This document shows positions 24,675-34,876 of a stretch of 64,000 nucleotides of DNA, piece after piece. Position numbers and translations under genes: made by a program. How positions within the stretch are numbered: the stretch's first letter is position 1; each line of letters opens with the position of its first letter. A model generated the notes under the pieces. The model did no database searches. It had not been told where the DNA came from and saw nothing but the letters and a program-made list of their open reading frames with translations. The DNA is from an uncultured bacterium. Its GTDB lineage: Bacteria > Patescibacteriota > Saccharimonadia > UBA4664. Location: contig CAVRET010000002.1 in the NCBI GenBank assembly GCA_963720265.1, forward strand, positions 520,704 to 584,703, in the 5' to 3' direction.

Positions 24675-25283
24675 ATGGCATTGATCAACTTCGGCTTCAA
24701 ATCGCCTGAACACCGCGACGGTCACGTGCCGCCGGGGCAGTCCGTAGTCACGAGCTGGCCAGTGCTCACGTATGGTCCGACGCCGATTATCAAAACTGCC
24801 CAGTGGCAGCTTGAAATCAATGGGGAAGTCAAGAAGCCGCTCAAGCTTAACTGGAAGCAGTTTAACGCCCTGCCCAAAACTACCATGGACACCGACATCC
24901 ACTGCGTCACCCGCTGGAGCAAACTCGGCATGCACTGGGAAGGCGTATCAATCGATGAGCTCATTAGACAAGCCGGTGGTCTCACAGGTAATGCCATGCA
25001 TCTCATAGCTTCCTGCTATGGCGGCTACACCACCAACTTACCAGTTGAAGACGTTACGCGCGGCCAAGCCCTCGTCGCCACCCAGGCCGGAGGGCAGCCC
25101 CTCACTCCCGAGCACGGCGGCCCGGCCCGCTTGTTTGTGCCACATCTTTATTTCTGGAAATCGGCCAAGTATGTGAATGAACTAACATTTACCGAGCGCG
25201 ACTATCCCGGCTTTTGGGAAGTCAACGGCTACAACAATTATGGAGACCCTTGGCGTGAGCAACGTTACGACACCGACTACTAA
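24675..25283 (+). CDS. molybdopterin-dependent oxidoreductase (sulfite-oxidase-fold, YedY/MsrP-like catalytic subunit)
   Basis: Oxidored_molyb-like block ...DIHCVTRWSKLGMHWEGVSIDELI..., ~200 aa. Confidence 0.6.
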   Translation: MALINFGFKSPEHRDGHVPPGQSVVTSWPVLTYGPTPIIKTAQWQLEINGEVKKPLKLNWKQFNALPKTTMDTDIHCVTRWSKLGMHWEGVSIDELIRQAGGLTGNAMHLIASCYGGYTTNLPVEDVTRGQALVATQAGGQPLTPEHGGPARLFVPHLYFWKSAKYVNELTFTERDYPGFWEVNGYNNYGDPWREQRYDTDY

Positions 25284-26025
25284 GAAACAGCCACTGCCTA
25301 CCGACTGGCGCGTGGGCACGGTTACGCACATCCGCTCAGAAGCGCCGGGTCTGCGCAGTTACTCATTTGCGTTCGACACCCCCGTCGAGCACGAGGCCGG
25401 CCAGCATTACGAAATCCGCCTCACCGCCGAGGACGGCTATCAGGCCGCCCGCCTCTATTCCGCTGCCATGCCGGCCAACGGCAGTGGCAACACGCTCCAG
25501 CTAACCATTGCGCTCATGCCCTACGGCGAGATCTCGCCCTATCTGTTTAATCATGTGCGCTCCGGCAGCCAGCTCGAGATTCGCGGTCCCTTGGGCAAAT
25601 ATTTCACCTGGTCTGAAACCGACCCGCATCCAATCCTGCTCATCGGTGGTGGCACCGGCGTGGTGCCACTGCGTGCCATCCGCATTGCCCATCAGCAGTG
25701 CTGCTCCGACGCGCCCATCAGGCTGCTCTACAGCGTGGGCACATACCAAGACATGGCCTACAAGTATGAACTCTTCCCTGAGCACGGCGTTCCTCCGGCC
25801 GATATCACCATGACCTTCACGAGCCGCGCGCCCGCAGGCTGGCAAGGCTATACCCGGCGTATCGACAAGCGAATGATCAAAGACCTGCTCGAATCCTACA
25901 AAACACCCCCGCACGCCTACGTCTGCGGCCCAACACCCATGGTCGAAGGGGTCGCCACCATGCTTGTTGCCGCCGGGCTTGATTTCGCTACCATTAAAAC
26001 TGAACGTTTCGGTCCAACAAATTAG
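25255..26025 (+). CDS. FAD/NAD(P)-binding oxidoreductase (ferredoxin-NADP reductase-like)
   Basis: FNR-type RxYS FAD motif (AARLYSAA) and GGGTGVVP NAD motif. Start is uncertain (25240 ATG or 25255 GTG). Confidence 0.65.
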   Translation: MSNVTTPTTKKQPLPTDWRVGTVTHIRSEAPGLRSYSFAFDTPVEHEAGQHYEIRLTAEDGYQAARLYSAAMPANGSGNTLQLTIALMPYGEISPYLFNHVRSGSQLEIRGPLGKYFTWSETDPHPILLIGGGTGVVPLRAIRIAHQQCCSDAPIRLLYSVGTYQDMAYKYELFPEHGVPPADITMTFTSRAPAGWQGYTRRIDKRMIKDLLESYKTPPHAYVCGPTPMVEGVATMLVAAGLDFATIKTERFGPTN

Positions 26026-26160
26026 TTGCCGGAGTTGGCAACTGAAACAGCGGCCCAAGGGGCCGCTGTTTGCTTTAAAGGAAGGTGATTTGACCGGTCT
26101 GTAACTATCTTCACGCTTTCGTCTGATAGTTGACTTGGGTTTAACTGAGTCGAAACTGAG

Positions 26161-27093
26161 TTACTGAATTTTGATCACAACCTTCCCGCGCACCGAGCCG
26201 CTCTCACGCGCCCGCATGGCCTCTTGAATCTGCTCCAGCGGGAACACTTGGCCCACCTGGGGTGTTACCTCGCCAGACTCTACCAGCTCGCGCAAAGCGT
26301 CAAGCGCCTCCGTTGTCACCTTGGTACCCTGCGTAATAGCGGTCACGCCCAGTTCTCGCGCCCGGGCCTCGTCCGCCCTTGCAAGCATCGACACAGCCTT
26401 GCCTCCGCGCTTCAAAATACCCAGTGCTTTATTAAACTCATCACCACCAACCGTATCAAACACCGCGTCATAATCGTGGAGTACTTCGGCGAAATCCTGA
26501 GTCTGGTAATCAATCACCTCATCCGCGCCCAGCCCTCGCACATAGCCGCGGTCGAGAGCCTTGGCTGTGGTCGCCACATGGCTGCCAATGTACTTTGCGA
26601 TCTGAATCGCGATACTACCAACGCCACCGGCGCCGCCGTGAATAAACAACTTCTGGCCGGCCGCCAGCCCCAAATGCTCATTCAATCCCTGTAACGCGCT
26701 CACCCCCACCAGCGGCAGTGCTGCTGCCTGTTCGGAATCAAGCCCTTCCGGTGCCCTGGCCACCTGGCCCACGGCGGTAGCGGCAAATCCCGCCCACGCG
26801 CCGCTGTTGCCTGCCACTACGTTGGCCTGGCCATACACCCGCTCGCCGGCCGCAAGACCCCGCACGCCGGAGCCGACCTCAGTCACCACCCCGGCAATAT
26901 CGCCGCCCAGTGTCACTGGCAGCGCAGGCATCATCGCCTTCACCGTGCCGTTACGCACTGCACTGTCAAACGGGTTAACACTCGAAGCATGCACCTCAAC
27001 CAGCACCTGCCCATCCAGTACCGCTGGTTTGTCCGCCTTGTTTATGTGCACCACCCCGGCATCGCCATACTCACTAATTTGTGCCGCCTTCAT
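26161..27093 (-). CDS. zinc-binding dehydrogenase / NADPH:quinone oxidoreductase (MDR family)
   Basis: GroES-like N-terminus and Rossmann motif GGAGGVGSIAIQIAK. Confidence 0.8.
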   Translation of the reverse strand: MKAAQISEYGDAGVVHINKADKPAVLDGQVLVEVHASSVNPFDSAVRNGTVKAMMPALPVTLGGDIAGVVTEVGSGVRGLAAGERVYGQANVVAGNSGAWAGFAATAVGQVARAPEGLDSEQAAALPLVGVSALQGLNEHLGLAAGQKLFIHGGAGGVGSIAIQIAKYIGSHVATTAKALDRGYVRGLGADEVIDYQTQDFAEVLHDYDAVFDTVGGDEFNKALGILKRGGKAVSMLARADEARARELGVTAITQGTKVTTEALDALRELVESGEVTPQVGQVFPLEQIQEAMRARESGSVRGKVVIKIQ

Positions 27094-27147
27094 TGCGATC
27101 TCCGTTACTATACTTTTTACAGCATACCGCTTTGCTATAGTAACTGC

Positions 27148-27618
27148 ATGCCGGATGACCCCGACGTCTATTTATTCCAATATATCCAAAAACTTATTGT
27201 ATTAAGTCCCGATCTCACCCGTGTGTTACTCGCCAAGCGCAAGGGTGAGGTCGATTATAATGGCACCTTCACATTTATCGGCGGCAAAATGGAAACCACG
27301 GATCAAACTCTAGTTGATGGAATGAAACGAGAGAAAGACGAAGAAATAGGCGCTGATAATGTTGTGCGCGTGTTGCCGGGTCAAAGCTGCAATATTCTCT
27401 TTCGCAAAAAGGACGGCAACACCACGATTTGCCCGCACCTGGCCGCCGTTTTCAAGTCAGGGCACATTAAGCTCAGCGATGAGTACAGTGAGTACCGATG
27501 GGTGAAACTTGAAGAGTTAGCTGAGTTTGGGCCAAAAATTGACAACATCACGTGGCTCGCTCCATGGGCCGTCAAGCAAGTGACATCCGCCGACCCCACG
27601 GAATTCACCGAGATCTAG
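27148..27618 (+). CDS. NUDIX hydrolase
   Basis: NUDIX box GGKMETTDQTLVDGMKREKDEEIG. Confidence 0.75.
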   Translation: MPDDPDVYLFQYIQKLIVLSPDLTRVLLAKRKGEVDYNGTFTFIGGKMETTDQTLVDGMKREKDEEIGADNVVRVLPGQSCNILFRKKDGNTTICPHLAAVFKSGHIKLSDEYSEYRWVKLEELAEFGPKIDNITWLAPWAVKQVTSADPTEFTEI

Positions 27619-27654
27619 TCCGCCGCTAGAGAAAAACTTTGCTATGCTCCTCCT

Positions 27655-28218
27655 ATGAGACAAATGTTCGCATTTATCATGGTTAGCCTCGACGGGTATT
27701 TCGAGGGGCCAAACCACGAGATTGATTGGCACAACGTCGATGCCGAGTTTAATAACTTCGCCGCCGGCCAACTGGACGAGGCCGACACGCTCGTCTTCGG
27801 CCGCCGCACCTATGAGCTGATGGCCGGTTTCTGGCCCACCGACCACGCCCGCAGTGTCGATCCAGTGGTGGCCGAAAAAATGAATTCGCTACCCAAGGTG
27901 GTTGTTTCACGCACCCTGAAAACAGCTGACTGGACAGGCACCGCTGTTGTGGGTGGTGACTTGAGCCACGCCTTTCGCACTCGCAAAGCCGCCTCGGGCA
28001 AACAACTGGCCGTGCTTGGCAGTTCCAACCTCTGTGTAACCCTGCTCGAGCAAGGTCTCATCGACGAGGTCCGTCTCATGTACAATCCAGTCGTACTCGG
28101 AGCCGGCCACTCAGTTTTTGGCGGCTTAAAGACCCGGCTTAAATTTGAGCGTGTTGATACGCAGAGCTTTAGATCCGGTAATGTGCTGCATCGCTACCGT
28201 CCAAAGGTTACCTCATGA
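27655..28218 (+). CDS. dihydrofolate-reductase-like (RibD C-terminal domain) family protein
   Basis: MFAFIMVSLDGYFEGPNHEIDW...LVFGRRTY matches the RibD_C family signature. Confidence 0.7.
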   Translation: MRQMFAFIMVSLDGYFEGPNHEIDWHNVDAEFNNFAAGQLDEADTLVFGRRTYELMAGFWPTDHARSVDPVVAEKMNSLPKVVVSRTLKTADWTGTAVVGGDLSHAFRTRKAASGKQLAVLGSSNLCVTLLEQGLIDEVRLMYNPVVLGAGHSVFGGLKTRLKFERVDTQSFRSGNVLHRYRPKVTS

Positions 28219-28718
28219 GCGGTCCGCAGACCCCGGAAACCTACATGCGCCGCGCGATTGAAGCGGCCGAACAGGCCAAGAACGATGGCGGAGTAGCAAT
28301 TGGCGCAGTCATCGTTGATACGGCCTCGGGCCGTGTCATCGCCACGGGTGAAAGCCTAGTTGGCCCCATGCACGACCCCACCGCCCATGCCGAAGTAAAT
28401 TGCATCCGCGCCGCCGCCCAGTCCTTGGGCTCAGACGATCTATTTACCTGCACCCTCTACAGTACCCTCGAGCCCTGCCACATGTGCCTCAGCGCCGCCG
28501 CTTGGGCCAAAATTCCGCGCGTGGTCTTCGGCGCTTATCGCAAAGATGTTGATCCAACCCTTTTTGACATCAACGGCCGCTTTAGTGACGAACGCGAAGC
28601 CACGCGCATGAATCTCCGCGAACCCACCCATATGGAAGCGAAGGGCGGGATGCTTGAGCACGAGTGTGCCGCTCTCCTCGGTGCCTACCATGAGTTCGCC
28701 AAGCACCCCAGATTATGA
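28215..28718 (+). CDS. CMP/dCMP-type nucleoside/nucleotide deaminase (TadA/guanine-deaminase-like)
   Basis: Zinc motifs HAEVNCIR and LEPCHMC. Confidence 0.75.
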   Translation: MSGPQTPETYMRRAIEAAEQAKNDGGVAIGAVIVDTASGRVIATGESLVGPMHDPTAHAEVNCIRAAAQSLGSDDLFTCTLYSTLEPCHMCLSAAAWAKIPRVVFGAYRKDVDPTLFDINGRFSDEREATRMNLREPTHMEAKGGMLEHECAALLGAYHEFAKHPRL

Positions 28719-28731
28719 CAAGATCATAGCA

Positions 28732-29181
28732 ATGCCAGGCGCTAAAGCTTATTCTGAAATCCGTCTTCAACAAATCCTGTGGCCGAATACGGCCGGCGGC
28801 AAGGTGCTCGCCCTGCTCCATTATTTGTTTGTGCTGCCGGTGCTGATGTATGTGCTGATTAATGTCATCTATGCACTGCAAAGCACAAATGGCGCCGCCG
28901 CCGACGGATTACTGGCGCTCATCTGGCTGGCGCCGCCGGCCTTCATCGTACTTGCAATCGATTTTTTTAAGCTGTCATTTTCATTCCGCCGGGCGGCGCA
29001 GCACAAAATCCGCTACGCACCCTGGCAACTTGCGGTCATGGTGTTGAGCTGGTGTCTCGTGTCGTCGCTCTTAGCCTTCCCCGCCGGATCTGCCTGGTGG
29101 GGCTACGCCACCAGCTTGGCCGTGTTGCTCATGGTTCTCGTGGGCATAATGTATGCACCGGCCCGGTCTAACACTCGCTAG
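28732..29181 (+). CDS. membrane protein, unknown function
   Basis: 3-4 TM helices. Start chosen downstream of the deaminase stop. Confidence 0.4.
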   Translation: MPGAKAYSEIRLQQILWPNTAGGKVLALLHYLFVLPVLMYVLINVIYALQSTNGAAADGLLALIWLAPPAFIVLAIDFFKLSFSFRRAAQHKIRYAPWQLAVMVLSWCLVSSLLAFPAGSAWWGYATSLAVLLMVLVGIMYAPARSNTR

Positions 29182-29807
29182 TCCGCTGCCGGCAGCGGCT
29201 CGTTATGAAGGGAGCGCCACAAGTGCCAGGCCGCCACGGTGCGGTACGGCCGCCAGGCCTCGGCCACGCGTGTCAACTCATCCTTGGACGGCACTTCGCT
29301 CCAGCCATAAAGCTGCTTCATGGCTCGCTGCAGGCCGATATCATCGGGTGCAAATACATCCAACCGCACCAGGCTAAACATCAAAAACATCTGCGCCGTC
29401 CATATGCCGATGCCCTTCACGGCCGTGAGGTCGCGGATTACCTCGTCGTCGCTTAACTGCTCCAAATGCCGGTACACCTGCGGGTCGTCCCTAAACTTAG
29501 CCGCCAAATCCTGCAGATAGTGCCACTTTTGTCTTGATAGGCCCAAGGCCCGGCCCTCATCCTCGGCCAGTGCCAGCACCCGCTTTGGCTCGATCCCAGT
29601 TGCTGCGCTCAGTCGCTTAAAAATCGTATCCGACGCCTTTACCGATAGTTGCTGGCTGACAATCGATTCCGTCAGCGCCCAGAAATAATCAGTCCGCGGC
29701 TCATGAAGCACCGTACCGTTCTTTTTTATTAACTCACCCAATTTCGGATCACGCTCCGCCAAGACGTGCTCAGCCTTAGTAACGCGCCTGCGCAAATCAG
29801 CGGTCAT
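29178..29807 (-). CDS. DNA-3-methyladenine glycosylase II-like (HhH-GPD superfamily)
   Basis: HhH-GPD layout (GIGIWTAQMFLMFSL...D) with AlkA-like length and order. Confidence 0.7.
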   Translation of the reverse strand: MTADLRRRVTKAEHVLAERDPKLGELIKKNGTVLHEPRTDYFWALTESIVSQQLSVKASDTIFKRLSAATGIEPKRVLALAEDEGRALGLSRQKWHYLQDLAAKFRDDPQVYRHLEQLSDDEVIRDLTAVKGIGIWTAQMFLMFSLVRLDVFAPDDIGLQRAMKQLYGWSEVPSKDELTRVAEAWRPYRTVAAWHLWRSLHNEPLPAAD

Positions 29808-29975
29808 GCAACAATCTCCCGCTGCACACTGCTCGCCGGTCGCGTCACGGTGTAGTAGGGGAATAGGCTGTGCGGCACTGCTCCGGCGCTCAGCTCAATC
29901 CGGTTAAGCGGCTGAAACCGGTTCGGGTTCAAGCGCTTTAACGTTTGCTTTACCAGGGCACGCATCATCGTGCAA

Positions 29976-31109
29976 TTATACTCGTTTGGACTGGCGCACT
30001 GCCCGCTGGTAGAGCTTCTCCAGTTGACGACCTACGAGCTGAACATCGTATTTCTTAACGAGCCGCTGCTGGGCATCATGCAATTTGCGGCGGGCAGCCT
30101 CATCATCAATGAAATAGGCCAACTTGCGCGCGAAGGCTGCCGTATCCCTTGGGTCGAGCAGGGCAGCCGAGTGCTCGCCGAGTGCTGCCGTATAGCCCGG
30201 GTTGTCGCCGCCCAGCACGACGCCGGCCCCGGCCGCCATGGCTTCGGCCAGGATAATGCCGAAGCTCTCACCGCCGGTGGCCGGAAACACGGCAATATCA
30301 GCGCTGGCCAAAAACTTTGCCTTGCTCCGTTCCGGCACAAAGCCGGTAAATTTGATCGCCGGATTCCCGGCCGCAAGCTTTGTGGCCCGCCTTGCCAACG
30401 GCCCCCGGCCCCCGATAATAAGCCGGGCGCGCCGGGCGCTCGTGGCCGGCAGCGCCTGAAAAGCTCGGATCAGCTCAAGCGCCCCTTTGCGCCGCACCAA
30501 ACGTCCCAAAAAAACAATCCTCAACTTACCGGCCCGGGCAGCCCGGCCGGAAGCCACGTTGCCGATTCCTCCTGCGAACTCGCTCACATTTACTGGGCCC
30601 GGCACGACAACGGTCGGCCAGCCGTATACGGTTTGTGCAAACTCAGCGGCCGGTCGCGTTTCGGCCACCACCGCCTGAATGCGCCGGGCGCTCTTTCTCA
30701 ACCAGCGGGCGAGTAATCGGTTTGTAAATGCCTCCCACGGCGTCACCGGTAAAGTGTGAAACGTTCCTACCAGAGCCGTTTGCGGACCAGCCGCAGCGAT
30801 GACGCGGGCACCCAGGAACGGGCTATAGGGCAGCTGAACGTGCAGCACGTCAAAGTTAAGTTCGGTCACCAGCCTCCGGACCCGCCGCTTCCCGCCCGGC
30901 CACGGCGTTCGTACACCATTACCGTTAAAACGCAAATTCACAAACCGCCCCAAACTATGCACGTTCGGCACATCGCGCCGCGAGGTGTTGGCCACCAAAT
31001 AATGCACCTCGTGACCCTGGCCGCTCAGCCACTGGCCCAGCGTCAACACATATTGCTGCACGCCGTCGGGCCGGTCCAGCGTGTCGTCAAGCACCAGGCC
31101 GACCTTCAT
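29976..31109 (-). CDS. glycosyltransferase family 4
   Basis: GT4 C-terminal EX7E-like region (ESFGIILAEAMAAGAGVV). Confidence 0.75.
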   Translation of the reverse strand: MKVGLVLDDTLDRPDGVQQYVLTLGQWLSGQGHEVHYLVANTSRRDVPNVHSLGRFVNLRFNGNGVRTPWPGGKRRVRRLVTELNFDVLHVQLPYSPFLGARVIAAAGPQTALVGTFHTLPVTPWEAFTNRLLARWLRKSARRIQAVVAETRPAAEFAQTVYGWPTVVVPGPVNVSEFAGGIGNVASGRAARAGKLRIVFLGRLVRRKGALELIRAFQALPATSARRARLIIGGRGPLARRATKLAAGNPAIKFTGFVPERSKAKFLASADIAVFPATGGESFGIILAEAMAAGAGVVLGGDNPGYTAALGEHSAALLDPRDTAAFARKLAYFIDDEAARRKLHDAQQRLVKKYDVQLVGRQLEKLYQRAVRQSKRV

Positions 31110-32233
31110 CGGGCCGTCACCAGTTCGCGGTACAACGTTTCGTATTGGTCAACGATAGCCGCGAAATCGTATTGCGGCACCGCGTCAGCCGCCCATTCCT
31201 GCCACACTGCCCGCAATTTTTCATCTGTCATAAGCAATGCCAGCCGCCTGGCGTAGGCCGACGTGTCCTTGGGGTCTACGAGCGACAGCCGGCCGGTACT
31301 GCTGAGTACCGCCGCATACCCTGGATTGTCGCCTGCCACTGTCACTGCACCGGCGGCCATCGCCTCGAGCAGCACAACGCCAAAACTTTCGCCATACAAA
31401 GCCGGTGCGGTAAATACGCTGCAGCGCGCTAGCCAGTCCTGCTTTATGTCATCCGGTGCCTGGCCCAAAAACGTCACGTTCTGCAGTTTGAGCTGGCGCG
31501 TCCGCGTTTCGAGCATGGTCCGTTCCGGCCCGTCGCCCAGGATTACCAACTTTGCTTCCGGCAGCTCCTTCTGCAACACGGCCCATGCCTCAAGCAGATA
31601 TCGCACCCCTTTACGCTTCTCCAACCGACCCACATACAAGACTGTAGCCGGATCGCGCGCCAAGCCGACCGGCGGCCGAAATTTGGCTAACTCAATGCCG
31701 TTGGGGATAATCCTGAGACGCTCACGGTCGACATCCGTGCCGAGATAACTCGTGGCCGATGCAGCGACCGCGGTCATGGCCGACAGTCGCCGAAAAATCG
31801 AACGCTTATACGGCCCAATCGATCCCGCAATCACCTGAGCCAAAAACGTATCCGGCAGCGCAGCGTGAAAGGTGCCGACGGTTGGACATTTCATACGGCC
31901 AAGTAGCTGCATTGCGAGCATTGGGATCAGCGGCTCGTGCAGGTGCAACAGGTCAAATTGCTCACGCTCAAGTACTTGGTCAACCAGTTCAGTATTAACC
32001 ACCCCCGATACGTCGGCCGAGGTGTGCTGTGGCGTCCGGATGCGCACCGATTGCCCAATAAAAATCGTGTCCCGCGGCGGTTCTCCGGAGTAACCCTGCG
32101 GCCTCGGTGTTAATACCCTCACGTCATAACCCCGCCGCACCAGCTCGGCCGCCTGGGCCGTCACTTGGTTCTGCACCCCGCCGGACTTCATCAGACTGTA
32201 AGGACAGGTAATCCCAATCTTAAGCTTTGTCAT
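31106..32233 (-). CDS. glycosyltransferase family 4
   Basis: GT4 fold with ESFGVVLLEAMAAGAVTV. Overlaps the neighbouring GT4 gene by 4 nt. Confidence 0.75.
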   Translation of the reverse strand: MTKLKIGITCPYSLMKSGGVQNQVTAQAAELVRRGYDVRVLTPRPQGYSGEPPRDTIFIGQSVRIRTPQHTSADVSGVVNTELVDQVLEREQFDLLHLHEPLIPMLAMQLLGRMKCPTVGTFHAALPDTFLAQVIAGSIGPYKRSIFRRLSAMTAVAASATSYLGTDVDRERLRIIPNGIELAKFRPPVGLARDPATVLYVGRLEKRKGVRYLLEAWAVLQKELPEAKLVILGDGPERTMLETRTRQLKLQNVTFLGQAPDDIKQDWLARCSVFTAPALYGESFGVVLLEAMAAGAVTVAGDNPGYAAVLSSTGRLSLVDPKDTSAYARRLALLMTDEKLRAVWQEWAADAVPQYDFAAIVDQYETLYRELVTAR

Positions 32234-33192
32234 GCGCTCCCCTCCAACAACGCCTGCACACTCGGTGGAATCATGGTTTCCGGTTCGGTTTCGTCGGTGT
32301 AAGCCGTGCCACCGTGGTGCCGCAACTTCGATTGATGCACCGTCACATGCGCGTATTGCGCTTGGATGTGCCGCCTGGCCCGCTCAACATTGAGCCAGTG
32401 GTCGTTGGCTGTCTCGATATGGTCAGCGGTAAGCGGTACGCGCGGGCCGGTAGCATGCAGACGGAACAATTCTTCCAGGCAAGTACAGTATGTGCGCATA
32501 TCGTTGCATCGCCACAGATACGCTTCGAACGCAATAAATTCCGGCCGCTCTTCCGGTGTCAGCGCCAGCATTTTTGGGTGCTTGGGCCCGTACGACAAGG
32601 TCAGCAGCCAGCGCCTGGTCATGACAAATTGTACCAACCCGCTGAGCGGCCGCCGCTTTCCAAGCCAAAACATGACCACGCCCAACCGTCGCACTGCCGT
32701 AGGCATTGCCAAATCTTCGCCCAGTGCGAGCCCCACCACGCTCAAATTCAGCTTCACCCGGCTATGGAGTTCTGGATGCCGTTGCAGCATGCGGGTAATC
32801 ACTGCAAACCCATACGACAGCCCTATGAGCGTCAAGTGGCCCTCCGGCACTTCCTGGCTGATAAATTCAGCCAAATAATCTCCATACGCATCCAAACCCG
32901 GCTTCCTGCCCGCCTCATAAAACGGCTCCATACCGCCAAACCCCGGCAAATCCGGCGCAACCACCCGGCCAAACCGTGCGAAAAAGTGAATAACCCCGTA
33001 AAATCGTTCTAGGCTGGCATGAATGCCGTACACAAACACTATCGTGCGGCCTCGGCCGTCGGGCTGCCGGCTCGGGTGCACCAGCATCCGTCCGCGCAGG
33101 CCGCCGGTGGTTAAGGGCGATACCATGCCCGCGGTCAGCTGCATTAACCGATCATACATGAGCCTTATTATGCCAGAGCGCAGGTCATACAA
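32230..33192 (-). CDS. alpha/beta hydrolase fold protein
   Basis: GLSYG nucleophile-elbow-like motif in an alpha/beta-hydrolase-length protein. Overlaps the GT4 gene by 4 nt. Confidence 0.5.
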   Translation of the reverse strand: MYDLRSGIIRLMYDRLMQLTAGMVSPLTTGGLRGRMLVHPSRQPDGRGRTIVFVYGIHASLERFYGVIHFFARFGRVVAPDLPGFGGMEPFYEAGRKPGLDAYGDYLAEFISQEVPEGHLTLIGLSYGFAVITRMLQRHPELHSRVKLNLSVVGLALGEDLAMPTAVRRLGVVMFWLGKRRPLSGLVQFVMTRRWLLTLSYGPKHPKMLALTPEERPEFIAFEAYLWRCNDMRTYCTCLEELFRLHATGPRVPLTADHIETANDHWLNVERARRHIQAQYAHVTVHQSKLRHHGGTAYTDETEPETMIPPSVQALLEGSA

Positions 33193-33910
33193 TCCAATCT
33201 GGCTGCAAACCCAGCCTATTGCCCACCGCGGTTTGCACGGTCTAGACGTGCCCGAGGACAGCCTCGCGGCCTGCTTGGCGGCGGCCGATGCCGGCTATGC
33301 CATCGAGCTCGACGTCCGCCTCACGAGTGATAATCAGATCATTGTCAACCACGACACCACCACCGGCCGCTTGTCCGGCACCAACCGTAAGATAAAACAC
33401 GCCACCGCCGCCGAACTCACGGCTATGCCGTTGGCCGGGACCGGCCAGACCATTCCGCTCCTGTCCGACGTGCTGGAGGCTGTCGCCGGCCGCGTACCGA
33501 TTGACATCGAGATCAAGCATTCCATCTCGCCGCGCATCATTGGTCCAAAGTTGCTAGACCTGCTAGCAAACTATCCCGGCGAGGTTGTGGTCGACTCATT
33601 CGACCCACGTATCGTCCATTGGTTTCGGCGCCATGCGCCAAATCTTCCCTGCGGACAAATCGCAGGCAGCTTACCGGAAAAGTCTGCGCCCCGCTGGACC
33701 ACGGCCCTCTTAAGGGCCATGTTGCTCAACTTTTGGACGCGCCCGCAATTTATAAAATTCGATGTTCGCGACTACCCCAACCGCATGTTGTCATTTTGGC
33801 AACAACGCTTGCACGTGCCGGTAATACTATGGACCGTCAGGACTCCAGATCAGCTTGCACTCGCCAGACGCGATAACCATAACGTTGTTTTTGAGCATTT
33901 GCATCCATAA
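33158..33910 (+). CDS. glycerophosphodiester phosphodiesterase family protein
   Basis: IAHRGL...ENSLAA-like opening (IAHRGLHGLDVPEDSLAACLAAADAGYAIELDVRLTSDNQIIVNHD). Confidence 0.7.
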   Translation: MSLIMPERRSYNPIWLQTQPIAHRGLHGLDVPEDSLAACLAAADAGYAIELDVRLTSDNQIIVNHDTTTGRLSGTNRKIKHATAAELTAMPLAGTGQTIPLLSDVLEAVAGRVPIDIEIKHSISPRIIGPKLLDLLANYPGEVVVDSFDPRIVHWFRRHAPNLPCGQIAGSLPEKSAPRWTTALLRAMLLNFWTRPQFIKFDVRDYPNRMLSFWQQRLHVPVILWTVRTPDQLALARRDNHNVVFEHLHP

Positions 33911-33912
33911 TA

Positions 33913-34233
33913 TTGACTCAAAGCGAACTACATGTCATTGTAAGCATGCTCACACATAAGTACAACAACCGCCTACCGGAAAGGTTGGTTATGAGTCCGA
34001 TCACTGCAATGACCATCATTGTTGCCGGGAACGACGGCACGCTCGGCGACTGCGGCCCCAAGCTTGCCTTGCAGGTCAACCAGATCGTCGGAGCACTAAC
34101 GGCCGACGACTTCACTGTTGAGCAGCTTCGAGACTGGGCGCCGAGACACCTGACCGAAGAGGGAGAACTGCAAGCGTTTCTCGCTGATCTCGACGCGGCC
34201 GTAGAGGCTATGGAACCCGGCGTGGACGCCTAG
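33913..34233 (+). CDS. hypothetical protein
   Basis: ORF only; weak support. Confidence 0.25.
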   Translation: MTQSELHVIVSMLTHKYNNRLPERLVMSPITAMTIIVAGNDGTLGDCGPKLALQVNQIVGALTADDFTVEQLRDWAPRHLTEEGELQAFLADLDAAVEAMEPGVDA

Positions 34234-34354
34234 TACGTTGTCGGTCCATGCGTACGGCTCCCTGCCTGTCACCGCCTCAAGCCTCCGTACCACAAAACCA
34301 CCCCCTGGAACAGCGCTCCAGGGGTGGTTCTCTGTATACCTGTATAATGGTGGT

Positions 34355-34858
34355 ATGCCGGCCCAAGACCTCGACCGCGAACTCCACCGTATCGCCCTCA
34401 CCGCCATCATTTACAGGGACGGCAAGTTTCTCATTACCAAGCGCAGCCCGGACAAAAAGGCCTGGCCCGGGCATTGGACCGTGCCCGGCGGCGGCCTTCA
34501 CTCCGATGACTACACGAACGAGCCGCCCACCTACCCAAACCAATGGTATCAAGCGCTTGACCACTCACTCCGGCGCGAAGTCCGCGAAGAGGTTGGTCTA
34601 GAGATCGGCCGAGCCACCCTCCTGCTGGATATCGTGCTCATCCGCGCCGACGGCGTGCCCGTGCTGGTACTGAGCTACTACGCTCCCTACGTTTCTGGCG
34701 AGGTCAAGCTTGACGATGAATCGGTCGAGTTCGCCTGGGTCAGTTACGAAGAGGCGAAAACGTACGAGCTCATTCCCGGCATTTTGGGCGAGCTCGCAAT
34801 GGTTGACCAAATCTTGCGTGGCGCCGACCCGGCCACGGTCGTATACCAAGCCAAATAA
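34355..34858 (+). CDS. NUDIX hydrolase
   Basis: NUDIX box GGGLHSDDYTNEP...REVREEVGLEI. Confidence 0.7.
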   Translation: MPAQDLDRELHRIALTAIIYRDGKFLITKRSPDKKAWPGHWTVPGGGLHSDDYTNEPPTYPNQWYQALDHSLRREVREEVGLEIGRATLLLDIVLIRADGVPVLVLSYYAPYVSGEVKLDDESVEFAWVSYEEAKTYELIPGILGELAMVDQILRGADPATVVYQAK

Positions 34859-34876
34859 GCTGTTACAATAAGCGAT

